IMG/VR virus record: IMGVR_UViG_3300017655_000001
Location: 23,439-87,438 of that record
Direction: 5' to 3' (one strand)
Source of the DNA: a virus
Lineage: Duplodnaviria; Caudoviricetes
Length of the DNA: 64,000 nt
Shown here: in pieces, positions 25,155-33,740 of the stretch
How the letters are laid out: every line of letters starts with the position of its first letter
Position numbering within the stretch: position 1 is the first letter of the stretch
Program-made: the position numbers and the translations under genes
Notes under the pieces: generated by a model
Database searches by the model: none
The model's input: only the letters and a program-made list of their open reading frames with translations
Told to the model about the DNA's origin: nothing

Positions 25155-25844
25155 ATGACTAAGCAAAAAGTAGAAGTGATTGTCCGTGACCTGCCAAAGA
25201 AAAGTGACTTTGAAACTCTGAACATCTATCTGAAGAATGTTCCTGTGTTCTACCCTGTAGTACACGAAGCGAAAAAGAAGTATCAGAGTGAAGATCGCGA
25301 GTTTAGCGTAACTGCTTTCGTTGACGAAGCTGCTAAAGACCGGTTGTTGGACGAGGTAATGGTTAACAAGACCTTCGCAGAAGTAGGTGTTTCGAAAACC
25401 AGCAAGCCACCTAGGAAGATTAAATACCCACTCTCTTCACAAGTTGAAGAAGGTAAAGCTAATTACGATCTGGTAGATGGTCTGTGGGGCTTTAGTGTTG
25501 CTAAGGCTGAATTTAGTAAACAAGGTAATCCAATGAGCGTTAATGTGATTGACCTTGAAGGTAAACCTTTCACTGAGAACGTTGGTAATGGTTCTATTGT
25601 TAACCTGAAGCTGTTTGGTTATAAGAATCGTGATAACCAAGTTGTTGTGCAGCTAGACACTGTTCAAGTTGTAGAGCACGTAGCCTTTGAATCTCGTGGC
25701 TCTTCTGACTCAGTAGAGGATGATGTACTTGGTGTCAGTTACAGTGTTAAGAAAGCTGATAAGCCTGTAGCTCAGCAACCAGCACCACAGTCCGCTCCAG
25801 TTGTTGAGGAAGATGAAGGTTTCGACGACACGGTGCCGTTTTAA
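25155..25844 (+). CDS. single-stranded DNA-binding protein, T7 gp2.5-like (229 aa)
   Basis: VGNGSIVN...LDTVQVVEH pattern; acidic tail ending EEDEGFDDTVPF; position after polymerase. Confidence 0.75.
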   Translation: MTKQKVEVIVRDLPKKSDFETLNIYLKNVPVFYPVVHEAKKKYQSEDREFSVTAFVDEAAKDRLLDEVMVNKTFAEVGVSKTSKPPRKIKYPLSSQVEEGKANYDLVDGLWGFSVAKAEFSKQGNPMSVNVIDLEGKPFTENVGNGSIVNLKLFGYKNRDNQVVVQLDTVQVVEHVAFESRGSSDSVEDDVLGVSYSVKKADKPVAQQPAPQSAPVVEEDEGFDDTVPF

Positions 25845-25891
25845 GGTATAATTAAGCCGCAAGGACGCGGCAACATTTAAAGGAGAAATTA

Positions 25892-26281
25892 ATGAGTTTT
25901 GAACGTGATGCTACAGTAAGTGCTTATCTTACTGCGCATAAACTAGGTCTTCCGGGTTGTAAAACAGAACTAGACACCTATACGGCTCTAGCTAAAGACT
26001 TGCAACGACAGCTTCAAGCTTACCAAGAAACCGCAGCATTAACTGCAAAAGAAGTAATTAATCAAATGTTTGCTGCTCCACAAGAACAAGCTTGTTGGCA
26101 TTTACAACTGACTAAAGACGAATACTACTATCTATCCTGCATTCTGGGCCATTTAGTTCCTGCTGGTAAGATTAGTAAGAGTTTGCTTGATAAAGTGAGT
26201 TTGGATGAGCTTGATTGTGAAGACTTTGATAAGGTGTTGCTAAGCACTACTGAAATTAAACTAAATGAGGAGAATGTATAA
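25892..26281 (+). CDS. hypothetical protein (129 aa)
   Basis: AAGGAG RBS. Confidence 0.75.
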   Translation: MSFERDATVSAYLTAHKLGLPGCKTELDTYTALAKDLQRQLQAYQETAALTAKEVINQMFAAPQEQACWHLQLTKDEYYYLSCILGHLVPAGKISKSLLDKVSLDELDCEDFDKVLLSTTEIKLNEENV

Positions 26282-26547
26282 TGTCAAAACAAAATGAACT
26301 GTATGAACGAGCTAAAGCCCTGTACCAAGAAGTTGTAACCCTTGAACAAGATATTGAAGCACTGGCTCAAGACTTCACTTTTGTAAAAGAAGAAAACGAG
26401 TCAGGCATTGATAAGAAACTTGTGAAATCAACGCTTAAGGCCGCTGAAACCTATGTTCGCAACAATGTGGATAAGGTTGAAGATAAGATTGCCAAAGAAC
26501 AAGAGTTTTTAGAGCTTTATAAAGAGCTTACTGGCGAATACAACTAA
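26281..26547 (+). CDS. small helical DNA-binding protein, T4 DsbA/GapR-like (88 aa)
   Basis: size and GIDKKLV...EFLELYKEL pattern resemble T4 DsbA. Confidence 0.5.
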   Translation: MSKQNELYERAKALYQEVVTLEQDIEALAQDFTFVKEENESGIDKKLVKSTLKAAETYVRNNVDKVEDKIAKEQEFLELYKELTGEYN

Positions 26548-26558
26548 AAAATACAATT

Positions 26559-26581
26559 AGCCTCGGAAACGGGGCTTTTTA
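26559..26581 (+). terminator. intrinsic terminator
   Basis: AGCCTCG-GAAA-CGGGGCT then TTTT. Confidence 0.75.
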
Positions 26582-26598
26582 GTACAAAGGAGGTTAGT

Positions 26599-26808
26599 AT
26601 GGGTTGGTCAGGTGGAACACGAGTATTTGATACTGTAGTTGAAGCACTACGAAAAGCTAAGGTTACAGATAAGCAGTTTAAAACTGTGATTGTAGATTTG
26701 AATGAAGTTTTGGAATGCCTAGATTGGGACAATCTTTGTGAGTCAGATTATTATGAAGACCCTCAAATCAAAGATATTTTTGATCTTTGGGAATATGAGG
26801 AGGATTAA
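26599..26808 (+). CDS. hypothetical protein (69 aa)
   Basis: GGAGG RBS. Confidence 0.75.
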   Translation: MGWSGGTRVFDTVVEALRKAKVTDKQFKTVIVDLNEVLECLDWDNLCESDYYEDPQIKDIFDLWEYEED

Positions 26809-27806
26809 TGACGGAACTAACATCAATAATTGATCTTGATTACGTAAAGTATGCCTCAGCATCTGTTGGTGAAAAACGCAGTATTGTCGTTACACACAAA
26901 TCCTCTGGTAGGCAAAAAGAGTTCGCCACACGCACAGAGTTTTGGGGTAGAGATAAAGCCCATAGCGGCGGATGGCTTGGTGATCTAAACTCAAAACGTG
27001 AAAGCCCATTTGCTGTAGATGAGTTTGAAATTGTAGACCTACAAACACCAGAGCCTATTGACCATGTTCTGCACATTGCTAAAACACAAGTTGAGAATGA
27101 TTTAAAACGTTTAGGGACAGATAAGTACAAGGCATTTTTAGGTAAGGGTGAGAGCTTTCGTGTTGAATTATCAACTTTATTGAAGTATAAAGACAATCGA
27201 AAAGAGATGCTTCGTCCTCTTCATATGGATGCTGTTACAGAGTATCTTGAACGTAAGTTTAAAGCTGAGATTGTGACTTCTATTGAAGCGGATGATGCTT
27301 GTGTGATTGAGTGTCAAGACAGTAAGAGTGCTGTTATTCAAGGGCTAGATAAAGATTACTACGGGCAAAATTGTAGATTCTTTAACGTCAATAGACCAGA
27401 TGAGGGGATTCAAGAGTGCAATCAATTTGGCAGGCTCTGGTTAGACGATAAGAACGATGTTCGTGGTATTGGGAGGATGCATCTCTATTGGCAAATCTGC
27501 TCTAACGACACTTCAGACAACTATGCAGCCAATTGTTTTTCAGATAAGAAGTGGGCAGGTAAATCAGCTTACAAAGCTTTGGTAGATTGTAAGAATGATG
27601 TAGAAGCTTGGAATAAAATGAAAGAGGTTTTCCAACTGCTCTACCCTGAACCTAAAACTGTAATAGGCTGGCGCAACGATCCTATTCAAATTACATGGGA
27701 TTATGTGTTGAATGAAATGTTTATGATGGCTAGAATGCTTAAGTTTGAAGGTGAGAACTTGAATGCTTATGATGTGATGGATAAGATGGGAATTGGTTAC
27801 CCATGA
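26808..27806 (+). CDS. 5'-3' exonuclease (T7 gp6/RNase H-like, 332 aa)
   Basis: IIDLD, YKDNRK, IEADDA, DKDY, NDTSDNY acidic motifs. Confidence 0.85.
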   Translation: MTELTSIIDLDYVKYASASVGEKRSIVVTHKSSGRQKEFATRTEFWGRDKAHSGGWLGDLNSKRESPFAVDEFEIVDLQTPEPIDHVLHIAKTQVENDLKRLGTDKYKAFLGKGESFRVELSTLLKYKDNRKEMLRPLHMDAVTEYLERKFKAEIVTSIEADDACVIECQDSKSAVIQGLDKDYYGQNCRFFNVNRPDEGIQECNQFGRLWLDDKNDVRGIGRMHLYWQICSNDTSDNYAANCFSDKKWAGKSAYKALVDCKNDVEAWNKMKEVFQLLYPEPKTVIGWRNDPIQITWDYVLNEMFMMARMLKFEGENLNAYDVMDKMGIGYP

Positions 27807-28432
27807 CAATTCCAACACAAGCGGACATTAAAAAGAGGAAGACAAACCGAGATAAGCTAGCAAAGAAAATCACCGATGATGGTCATCTAAAAGAGCAAGA
27901 GTTAGTTCGTATCGTTCGCAAGGCTATCGACTCTGCATGGATGACAGCAGCACATAAGTTAGTCTTCCTAGAAGATAGGGTCGTTCCTGATATGGATGAT
28001 TCAACTAGAACCAAATGGCTTATTCAGTGTAACATCTGTAAAGGAATGTTCAAGCTGACAGACGTAAACGTCGATCATCGTATTGGTGAGTTTCCTTGTA
28101 CAAATCGTGAGGAATTTCAATCTTACTTGTTGTCAAGGCTTGATGTAGGGTTTGATGATTTGCAGGTTTTGTGTGTTGATATTCCTAAGAAAAACCACAT
28201 TGGGTGCCATCAAATCAAGACTCTTGGGGAACGATTCGGTTTGAGTTTTGAGGATGCAAAGGTTGAAAAACAAGTGATTGAAATCATGAAGAAAAAAGCT
28301 TCTGAAACCGATGCATGGTTGCTTGACAAAGGTGTGAAAGTAAGCAAAAATAAGGATGCTAGGCGTGATGCAGTGAGAGAGATTATTAGACAAGAGTCTT
28401 TGACTCAAGCGGAGAAAGAGAATGAACGATAA
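27803..28432 (+). CDS. HNH-type endonuclease, possible junction resolvase (209 aa)
   Basis: CNIC...VDHR...LQVLC...CHQIKT. Confidence 0.7.
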   Translation: MTIPTQADIKKRKTNRDKLAKKITDDGHLKEQELVRIVRKAIDSAWMTAAHKLVFLEDRVVPDMDDSTRTKWLIQCNICKGMFKLTDVNVDHRIGEFPCTNREEFQSYLLSRLDVGFDDLQVLCVDIPKKNHIGCHQIKTLGERFGLSFEDAKVEKQVIEIMKKKASETDAWLLDKGVKVSKNKDARRDAVREIIRQESLTQAEKENER

Positions 28433-28772
28433 AATCACTAAACAACACATTTACTCAGAACTAGTTATCCGTCTTGATAAGCTGGAATACATGCTTGAGA
28501 AAGTTCTAACTTCTTTGGAAAGTAAGACTGTTAATAATGTTTCTGTATCAGTAACTGGAGATTGCTCACCTGATGCAATTGCAGATGAAATAGGGAAGAT
28601 TATGATTTGTACTGCTTGCATGCTTGGTGGAGATAGAGAACACTCTAAAGAATATTGCTCTAAGCGACCACCACAATGGCCTAATGAATCATATATCGAT
28701 TACATGAAACGTATTGGTGAACTAAACACTGCACAATCAGACGAAGAAGCTTTCAGAGAGGAATGTAAATGA
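28422..28772 (+). CDS. hypothetical protein with Zn-knuckle-like motif (116 aa)
   Basis: CTAC...H...C. Confidence 0.7.
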   Translation: MNDKITKQHIYSELVIRLDKLEYMLEKVLTSLESKTVNNVSVSVTGDCSPDAIADEIGKIMICTACMLGGDREHSKEYCSKRPPQWPNESYIDYMKRIGELNTAQSDEEAFREECK

Positions 28773-28945
28773 AGACTTATGAATTCAAACTCACAATTCA
28801 CGAAGGTAATGATGAATTTTGGGAAGAACTTGAAAACAAGTCTGGTTGTGATGAGGTAAAGGAATTACTTCTTTCAATGCTTGCTGAGTTCGGATTTTAT
28901 GATGACAACTCTTCTCTTACACTTACCAAGTTTACGGAGGAATAA
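28769..28945 (+). CDS. hypothetical acidic protein (58 aa, below ORF-track cutoff)
   Basis: GAGGA RBS, ATGA overlap; MKTYEFKLTIHEGNDEFWEEL... Confidence 0.6.
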   Translation: MKTYEFKLTIHEGNDEFWEELENKSGCDEVKELLLSMLAEFGFYDDNSSLTLTKFTEE

Positions 28946-29035
28946 ATGAATTATTGGACAGCTTATTTTACAGCGTCATTTATTGAATATTCAACTTTCT
29001 TCTATGTATTCACAAATCAATTGGGAATCTAGACC

Positions 29036-29260
29036 ATGAAAGATGATAAAGTGATATCACTTTTCCCGACCAAAGATAAGAAATTCTTGAATGTTGAGAA
29101 GTTGAATGATGTGGATATTCAGAAATTTCTAGATATTCTTGATGAGAGTTTAGAAAGCTTCATGACGATGTCGCCACATGAGAAATATAATCTTTATGCT
29201 AGCTTGGTAGGCTTTACGCACACAAGTCTTGGTATTTATATTAAAGGAGAGAAGGTTTGA
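29036..29260 (+). CDS. hypothetical protein (74 aa)
   Basis: ORF overlapping next gene. Confidence 0.6.
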   Translation: MKDDKVISLFPTKDKKFLNVEKLNDVDIQKFLDILDESLESFMTMSPHEKYNLYASLVGFTHTSLGIYIKGEKV

Positions 29261-30177
29261 TTAGTAAAGAGTGGCATAACACAGCATTAGAACTACATGA
29301 ACAAGGTTTGTCGGGACGTGCAATTGCAAACCTAATTGGTAAGTCTAAGACACAAGTAAATGATTTCTTTAAGTTTGTAAGTGAAAAGAAAGAGCAGCAA
29401 GCTGAGAAGAGAGGTCCACGTATTCTTCTTTATGATATTGAGACTGCACCCTTGAAAGCCCACCTATGGTCAATGTGGCAACAAGGGGTAGGTCTTAATC
29501 AGATTGAAAGTGACTGGCATCTGCTGTCATTTTGTGCTAAATGGCTTGGAGAAGATGAGATTTTCTATTATGACCAAAGAAATGCCGAACATATTGAAGA
29601 CGACCGAGAGATTCTTGGGTATCTTTGGGAATTATTAAATCAAGCAGATGTTGTAATCGGACAGAATAGTAAGAAATTTGATACCCGCAAGGTTAACTCC
29701 AGGTTCATTTTGAATGGATTCCCCAAGCCCTCTACTTTCCGACAGATCGACACAATGGAAATTGCTAAGCAGGAGTTTGGGTTTACATCTAATCGCTTGG
29801 AATACATGACTGATAAACTTTGCACCAATCATAAGAAGAGTAAACACAAGAAATTCCATGGTCATGAATTGTGGTCAGAGTGTTTAAAAGGTAATATGGA
29901 AGCTTGGGAAGAAATGGAATCGTACAATCGGGACGATGTCTTGTCTCTTGAAGAGCTTTATAATATCCTCAGTTCATGGTCTAGTAAGCTCCCTAATTTT
30001 GATATTTATGTGGATGAATTACTGGATATGAGTGAATGGGAAAAGGATGGATTCCACTACACTAATTTTGGTAAATATCAGAAATATCGTAACAAAAAGA
30101 CTGGCGTTCAGCGCAGAAGCCGTGTAAACTTACTTTCTAAAGAAAAGCGGGAAAGTTTGCTAGTCAATATTGTTTAA
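29257..30177 (+). CDS. DEDD 3'-5' exonuclease (RNase H-like) with N-terminal HTH (306 aa)
   Basis: LYDIETAP, GQNSKKFD, YNRDDV; N-terminal GLSGRAIANLIGKSKTQV. Confidence 0.85.
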   Translation: MISKEWHNTALELHEQGLSGRAIANLIGKSKTQVNDFFKFVSEKKEQQAEKRGPRILLYDIETAPLKAHLWSMWQQGVGLNQIESDWHLLSFCAKWLGEDEIFYYDQRNAEHIEDDREILGYLWELLNQADVVIGQNSKKFDTRKVNSRFILNGFPKPSTFRQIDTMEIAKQEFGFTSNRLEYMTDKLCTNHKKSKHKKFHGHELWSECLKGNMEAWEEMESYNRDDVLSLEELYNILSSWSSKLPNFDIYVDELLDMSEWEKDGFHYTNFGKYQKYRNKKTGVQRRSRVNLLSKEKRESLLVNIV

Positions 30178-30186
30178 GGGGTAAAT

Positions 30187-30861
30187 ATGAAAGTCGGAGA
30201 CACTGTTAAACTAAAGCCTGCAATGTGGCAGGGAATTAAACCAGAGAGTTATGGTCTTAGCTTTACTGGAGAGTATATTATTGACCGGTATGTAAGTGGC
30301 GACTATCCAAATATCTGGTTAAAGGGGTTTAGTGGGATCTGGGATGTTGAAGCTTTTCAAGTTGTAATTAAAGAAAAGGAGAAAGATTTGGGATCTAAAT
30401 TTAAAGCAGGTGATGTTGTCTATCTTTCCCAGTCCGCAATCGATCAATTTTCACCTAACGATTGGGGTAAATATCACCTGCCACTAGCTTTGTATAACGG
30501 AGCTAAAGGTGTTGTTGAGCTAGTTGAAAAACTGGGACACGAAGAAAGTGCCCGTGTTCATGTTAACATTGTAGGTTATGGTCATTGCTTCTTTATGGAG
30601 GAAGATTTAGAGCTGACTCCCATTAAAGAGGTTCTTCGGGATGCAGTACATAGTCCTAAACACTACGCTGTCTTTGCTGATGTGGAAGCAATTGAAATCA
30701 TTGCTCGTTCAATGACAAAGGAAATGTTTAAAGGTTATTGCTTTGGTAATCTGTTGAAGTATCGACTTCGTGCTGGTAATAAAGACGATGTTAAACAAGA
30801 GTTGGGTAAAGCTGATAAATACAAAGAGCTTTATGAAAAGTACAAGGATCTTTGCCAATGA
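30187..30861 (+). CDS. DUF3310-like protein with N-terminal KOW-like repeats (224 aa)
   Basis: DAVHSPKHY...EAIEII...GYCFGNLLKYRLRAGNK; MKVGDTVKL / FKAGDVVYL. Confidence 0.8.
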   Translation: MKVGDTVKLKPAMWQGIKPESYGLSFTGEYIIDRYVSGDYPNIWLKGFSGIWDVEAFQVVIKEKEKDLGSKFKAGDVVYLSQSAIDQFSPNDWGKYHLPLALYNGAKGVVELVEKLGHEESARVHVNIVGYGHCFFMEEDLELTPIKEVLRDAVHSPKHYAVFADVEAIEIIARSMTKEMFKGYCFGNLLKYRLRAGNKDDVKQELGKADKYKELYEKYKDLCQ

Positions 30862-31292
30862 GATTAATTGCTGTTGACGTAGACGGGGTTGTGGTTGATA
30901 CCCACAGCCTCTACAAAGAAGCTTCAAAACACTTAGAAGATCCTCTTGATTTCTGGCGTTCTGAGGATCTTTATGATAATCTTGAACCTATGCCCGATGC
31001 TGTAGAAAAGCTTGAACAACTCAGTCAGTATTTTGGTATTGTGTTCGTAAGCCGTTTGAAAGGGAATCATCACCGCTCTAAAGTGTATTTCTGTAAGAAA
31101 TGGTTTCCTTTCATGCAGGGCTTTATTGGTAGTCACGAAAAATGGTTGATGAATGATTCTGTTGTTGCTATGATTGATGACCTAGAGTCAAATCTAATAA
31201 AGTTTGATGCGCATAAACGAGTTTTGTTTGGCGTTGATGTTAAAGATTGGGAAGACTTCAATGTGAAGGCTTTCTGTGATGAATATCTATAA
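30858..31292 (+). CDS. HAD-family 5'(3')-deoxyribonucleotidase-like protein
   Basis: AVDVDGVVVD, MIDD; ATGA overlap at 30858. Confidence 0.8.
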   Translation: MRLIAVDVDGVVVDTHSLYKEASKHLEDPLDFWRSEDLYDNLEPMPDAVEKLEQLSQYFGIVFVSRLKGNHHRSKVYFCKKWFPFMQGFIGSHEKWLMNDSVVAMIDDLESNLIKFDAHKRVLFGVDVKDWEDFNVKAFCDEYL

Positions 31293-31309
31293 TTAAATAA
31301 GGAAAACAA

Positions 31310-31804
31310 GTGAACAATCTGCAAGACTTCTACAATCAAATTATCGACTGGAATAAAAAGGCTGGTGTGAAAGACCACGAATTTGGTACATTAGACTGGG
31401 AACGTGCTGTTGAGCTTCAATCGAAGCTGCTTGTAGAAGAAGCAAATGAAACAATTTCTGCAATCACTCATGGACATATGATTGAATTACTTGACGGTGC
31501 AGTAGACACCTTCGTAATTCTTTCTAAACTGTTTGATATGCTAGAGAAAGCTGGATTTGATGTTGAAGGAGCAATTCAGCAAATCATTGACAACAATCAA
31601 AAGAAAGTATTTAACTCTTTCTATGAGGCTTGTGATGCTAAGGAGAAGCTTGAAGCTCGTGATGATAAAGAGTATTATGTAGAAACTGCAACACTAAACG
31701 GTCTAGCTTTCTATACGGTACGTCGAGAAGATGGTAAGATTGCAAAGCCTGTTGATTTTGTTGCTGTTGAATTGAATGAGTTTGTACCAAAGGAGAGTTA
31801 TTAA
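31310..31804 (+). CDS. MazG/PRA-PH-like all-alpha NTP pyrophosphohydrolase (164 aa)
   Basis: LLVEEANE...LLDGAVDTFV...NNQKK...GKIAKP. Confidence 0.8.
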   Translation: MNNLQDFYNQIIDWNKKAGVKDHEFGTLDWERAVELQSKLLVEEANETISAITHGHMIELLDGAVDTFVILSKLFDMLEKAGFDVEGAIQQIIDNNQKKVFNSFYEACDAKEKLEARDDKEYYVETATLNGLAFYTVRREDGKIAKPVDFVAVELNEFVPKESY

Positions 31805-32415
31805 TGAGCCAGATTAAAGTAGAAGTGCTAGATTCGATGGGAAATGACCTTGCTGTTGTTCAAGCAGCACTTTTGTCTAAGGTTTCTCGTAGGTGTTTGG
31901 AGTCTTTAAGTCGGGGATACTACGTCACCGATGAAGGTGAAGTATTCGGCCCAAAGGGTAAGCTTTCGCTTAACTCCAAGAATCAAAACGGTTATCCTAT
32001 GTATTCAACTAATTGGGAGGGGGAAGTTTTTGGTGTGCCTATGCACAAGTTGGCAGCAGTGTGTTTTTATGGAGCCAAAGTTTTTGAAGAAGGTGTCCAT
32101 GTTCGTCACCTAGACGGAGATAAGTTTAATCTAAGTAAAACTAACATCGTTCTTGGTACAGCATCTGAAAATGAACTCGATAAACCTGAAGAGCAACGTT
32201 CAGCTACAGCTAAAATTGCAAGAGCTGCTCAAGGGTTCACACCAACCAACGCTAAGCTTACACCAGAACAAGTATTAGAGGTAAGAGACTTTTATAAAAG
32301 TCTCGACGGTAAAAAGGCTGGGAACGGAGTAGTAAAAGCTTTATGTGAGAAGTTGGGTGTTTCTCGAACAGTACTGTGTAACATTAAGAATGGGGAGTAT
32401 TATACAAATGTCTAA
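31804..32415 (+). CDS. HNH homing endonuclease with ThyX-like N-terminal 25 aa and C-terminal HTH (203 aa)
   Basis: MHKLAAVCF, VRHLDGDKFN...NIVLGTASEN, AKLTPEQV...LGVSRT. Confidence 0.85.
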   Translation: MSQIKVEVLDSMGNDLAVVQAALLSKVSRRCLESLSRGYYVTDEGEVFGPKGKLSLNSKNQNGYPMYSTNWEGEVFGVPMHKLAAVCFYGAKVFEEGVHVRHLDGDKFNLSKTNIVLGTASENELDKPEEQRSATAKIARAAQGFTPTNAKLTPEQVLEVRDFYKSLDGKKAGNGVVKALCEKLGVSRTVLCNIKNGEYYTNV

Positions 32416-33145
32416 GATTAAAGTTGAACTTGTGGATTATTGTGGATCTGACTTGAGTGTATGCAACGCTGCGAGGACTTCTTTTGATAAGGAAAGTGAT
32501 TGGGAAGAGCGAATCAGCATCCTTACTACGAAATGGGAAGAACGTGACCTGTGGTTAAGCACCCATCAAGAAAAGGACGGTTGTTATGTCAAACTAAAAG
32601 AGTCAGATGTAAAACTGATTAATTACCTTGCATCACACAAACATTACTCACCATTTAATCACAGCTTTATTAGCGTTCGCGTAAAGGCTCCTGTATTTGT
32701 TGCACGACAGCTTGTTAAACACAAATTTATGCCTTGGAATGAAGTAAGCCGTCGTTATGTGAAAGATAAGCCAGAGTTCTACCGGCCAGATTCTTGGCGT
32801 ATGGCTGCGGATAATGTAAAACAAGGCTCTGCTGGTGATGCGGAAGAGTTGTTGAACTCCCAAGCAATGGTAATCCTCTCAAGTAACAATCTTGATGCAC
32901 TTGAAAAGTATGACTGGTTGATTGAGAAAGGTATTTGTGCTGAAGAAGCCCGTATGATTCTTCCTCAAAATATGATGACGACTTGGGTTTGGAGTGGAAC
33001 ACTGGGAGCTTTCTGTGACATGCTTAAGCTTCGTCTTGATCCACACACTCAATATGAGACACGGCTAGTCGCACAAGAAGTTGCAAAGATTGTTGAAGAG
33101 CTGTTCCCTGTTTCTTGGCAAGCTCTAGTAGGAGAAGTAAAATGA
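32408..33145 (+). CDS. thyX: flavin-dependent thymidylate synthase
   Basis: MSKIKVELVDYCGSDLSVCNAAR, HYSPF, ARQLVKH, NEVSRRY, EEARMILPQ; ATG 32408 with GGGGAG RBS. Confidence 0.93.
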   Translation: MSKIKVELVDYCGSDLSVCNAARTSFDKESDWEERISILTTKWEERDLWLSTHQEKDGCYVKLKESDVKLINYLASHKHYSPFNHSFISVRVKAPVFVARQLVKHKFMPWNEVSRRYVKDKPEFYRPDSWRMAADNVKQGSAGDAEELLNSQAMVILSSNNLDALEKYDWLIEKGICAEEARMILPQNMMTTWVWSGTLGAFCDMLKLRLDPHTQYETRLVAQEVAKIVEELFPVSWQALVGEVK

Positions 33146-33339
33146 AAGAAGTAGATTACAGCTTTTGTGGTTACCTAGATGAATTGTGGAACCTTTATCA
33201 AGTACGTGGCGGATTTACTAGCGCAAATGCCGCTAGGCACATTATGGATATTCGTGAAGAAATCTACGTATCTTGGCTTGAAGATCAACCAGCACAAGAA
33301 TTTTATCTAGAAGATGCGGTATGGGACGATGAAGAATGA
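33142..33339 (+). CDS. hypothetical protein (MKEVDYS...)
   Basis: AGGAG RBS, ATGA overlap. Confidence 0.7.
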   Translation: MKEVDYSFCGYLDELWNLYQVRGGFTSANAARHIMDIREEIYVSWLEDQPAQEFYLEDAVWDDEE

Positions 33340-33740
33340 GTGAAATTGCACGTAACATTAGCTTCTACCTGCTAATGCAAGACAAAGAAGCTAAAGCAGT
33401 AATTGAATCTGGTGATGAAAAGAAGTTTAAAGATATTCTATACAAATGGGGTTGTGATGTTTACAACCAACCTTACGAAGTAGTGTCTTGTGAGCATCGA
33501 CCAGTAGAAGGTAAACCATTTGTGTTCAATGGCCCTTTGGTTGTAAGCAGTGAACGTCTCGATTCTGAATGGCTTGCAAGTGGCTTTGCATCATTCAATG
33601 CTAAAGTAGCAAGTACTGGCGATATTGGGCTTAAACTACAGCTTGAACAGATGAGTAAACAAGGTAGTAGTGAGAAAGCGTTTACATCGAAATCAGCAGG
33701 AAAACGTGCAGTAAAAGAAGAAAAACATAAGGAGATTTAA
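33336..33740 (+). CDS. hypothetical protein (134 aa)
   Basis: ATGA overlap; abuts nrdA. Confidence 0.8.
   Translation: MSEIARNISFYLLMQDKEAKAVIESGDEKKFKDILYKWGCDVYNQPYEVVSCEHRPVEGKPFVFNGPLVVSSERLDSEWLASGFASFNAKVASTGDIGLKLQLEQMSKQGSSEKAFTSKSAGKRAVKEEKHKEI

Noticed and set aside
27803-28432. Counting this HNH protein as a seventh homing endonuclease
   Set aside because: It is tightly coupled to the exonuclease within the recombination cluster and lacks the accessory DNA-binding modules, so it is more likely a core resolvase or nuclease.
31804-33145. Group I intron interrupting thyX
   Set aside because: The downstream ORF already has a complete ThyX N-terminus with its own RBS, the HNH ORF is in frame with the upstream leader, and there is no non-coding space for a ribozyme core.
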